This document shows positions 62,688 to 64,000 of a DNA stretch of 64,000 nt, in pieces. This DNA comes from Marsupella aquatica (lineage: Eukaryota; Plantae; Marchantiophyta): assembly GCA_973895155.1 (NCBI GenBank), contig OZ316899.1:3741455-3805454 (forward strand). The letters run 5' to 3'. Position 1 is the stretch's first letter. Each line of letters starts with the position of its first letter. A program made the translations under genes and the position numbers. The notes beneath the pieces are model-generated. The model saw nothing but the letters and a program-made list of their open reading frames with translations, made no database searches and had not been told where the DNA came from.

Positions 62688-64000
62688 TATGGTGCGTCCC
62701 ATGGCTCCCTACACCCAAGAAACCCCCTGCACAAGCCGATTCCTATAGGTTTTGCTCTTGGCGAGGCCGGTTCCGCGGCTTAGCGGCATGGGACGCTGCT
62801 AACCTCACTACTAACATTTTACACACATATACTGGACAGATCCTTCATTGGGTCATGAGATACGTAGTTGGCCTATTTTATGCCTTCCCTTCTCTTCCTC
62901 TCGTGGTCTTCCTTTAGGTATGTTTGGATTCCGTCGCCGGAATGATCCCCAACTGGCTTGGGTAAGCCGCTAAGACCTCTCTCAGCTTGACACGTCCAAC
63001 TCTTACTACCTCGCTTACTCCCTTCTCTTGGTTGATGTGGACAATCTTCAAACAAGTTAATGCAACACACAAATAGCAAAATGACTCCTTCTGACTGAGT
63101 TACACCATGCATTTTCCATACAAACAGTACTTCTCATACACAAGATCTGCAAACTAAACCGTAAGGCCAACTCTATTCATCTCTTAGGCATGAGGAAACA
63201 TGAATATACACAAGTGTCACAGTATAACTAACCGAGAGCTTCTTTTACTACTTGATTCTAGCCCTGCTAGTGCACTAAAAACTTGCTAAGGAAGAAGGCC
63301 CTGAACTCCCCGTTGTTCAAGTACTTATCCTTGCAGTGGATCCGTCTAATTCCTTGCAGCGTAAGCCTAATCTATCCTAACTGTAATCTACCTATGTACA
63401 GCAAGGCAGAAGCACAAGTGTTGCTCTTACCAGTGGATCCGCAATCCCACTAATCTAAGTGTCAGGGCCGTCTCTTGGTCCTGATCCTAAGTCTAAACTT
63501 GGAGATTTGAGCCCGCCCTGCCCACTCACGCCTCCTCCCTCCACGTCCACCCTCCTTAAAAGGAGCGGCCCTCCACCACCATCATGGTAGCGGTGGCTGA
63601 TCCTCAATGGACGCCCCCAACGCTTCCTCCGCAGCCACTGTCGTAGGTCCGTCTTCTGACAAATTACCTACCCCAGACCGAGTCAACTCTCCATCGGCCT
63701 GACTGGGTCCACCCTCGGCTTCAGCCTCAGCATCGGCCACAGCCTCCAATACGGCTACAGCCTCCCGGGCATGCTCTAGTGGTGGATCTGGTACCCCGGC
63801 TTCATCACTGATTGTCCTGGCCTCGGTTTTGCTATCCTCGCCTTCTAGGATAGTTGGATCCTCTGCCGTGACCTTGCCTGAGGTTGGTGCCGGGTTCTCC
63901 TCCGTGGTCACGACGGCTTGAGAAGCCATGTTACTCCCTGACCCATAAGGTTTTTGCTTCTTCTTCTTCCCTGTTTTGGCAGCTGGTCCCTTCCCCTTGC
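62688..64000 (-). mobile_element. 3' part of a family-B LTR with the cassette tail (ORF 63582-63929)
   Basis: 63100-63620 is the reverse complement of 11745-12288; G-like terminus CGCACCATA at about 62688; conserved sub-terminal motif at 62917-62949. Confidence 0.75.

Overview
This window is eukaryotic, almost certainly plant, repeat-packed DNA. Its retroelement lineages suggest a non-seed plant, which is an inference. I found no intact host gene, rRNA, tRNA or CRISPR array. Nearly all 64 kb resolves into a nested stack of transposable elements whose boundaries can be read from target-site duplications (TSDs); the family letters are my own labels. The stack contains a 5'-truncated L1-type LINE with a 19-bp TSD and a chromodomain Ty3/gypsy family (A) whose LTRs end in non-canonical AGT...ACT. 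It also contains two related gypsy families (C/K and J) with 4-bp TSDs always centred on CpG, and an Athila/Tat-like element (G). A set of large TG...CA solo-LTR-like units (B, D, E, G, I) is present, and four of these carry a three-part protein-coding cassette inside the LTR. There is also a Mutator-like MITE. The most striking item is at about 47.6-51.0 kb (minus strand): a decayed, spliced gene with beta-class N4-cytosine/N6-adenine DNA methyltransferase motifs. It sits in tandem with a gene encoding the same accessory domain as the coding LTRs. Five copies of a palindrome, TAGCGCCNGGCGCTA, lie in its intron and intergenic DNA, and the palindrome recurs twice in the MITE. All protein-family calls come from motifs recognised by eye, not from database searches.
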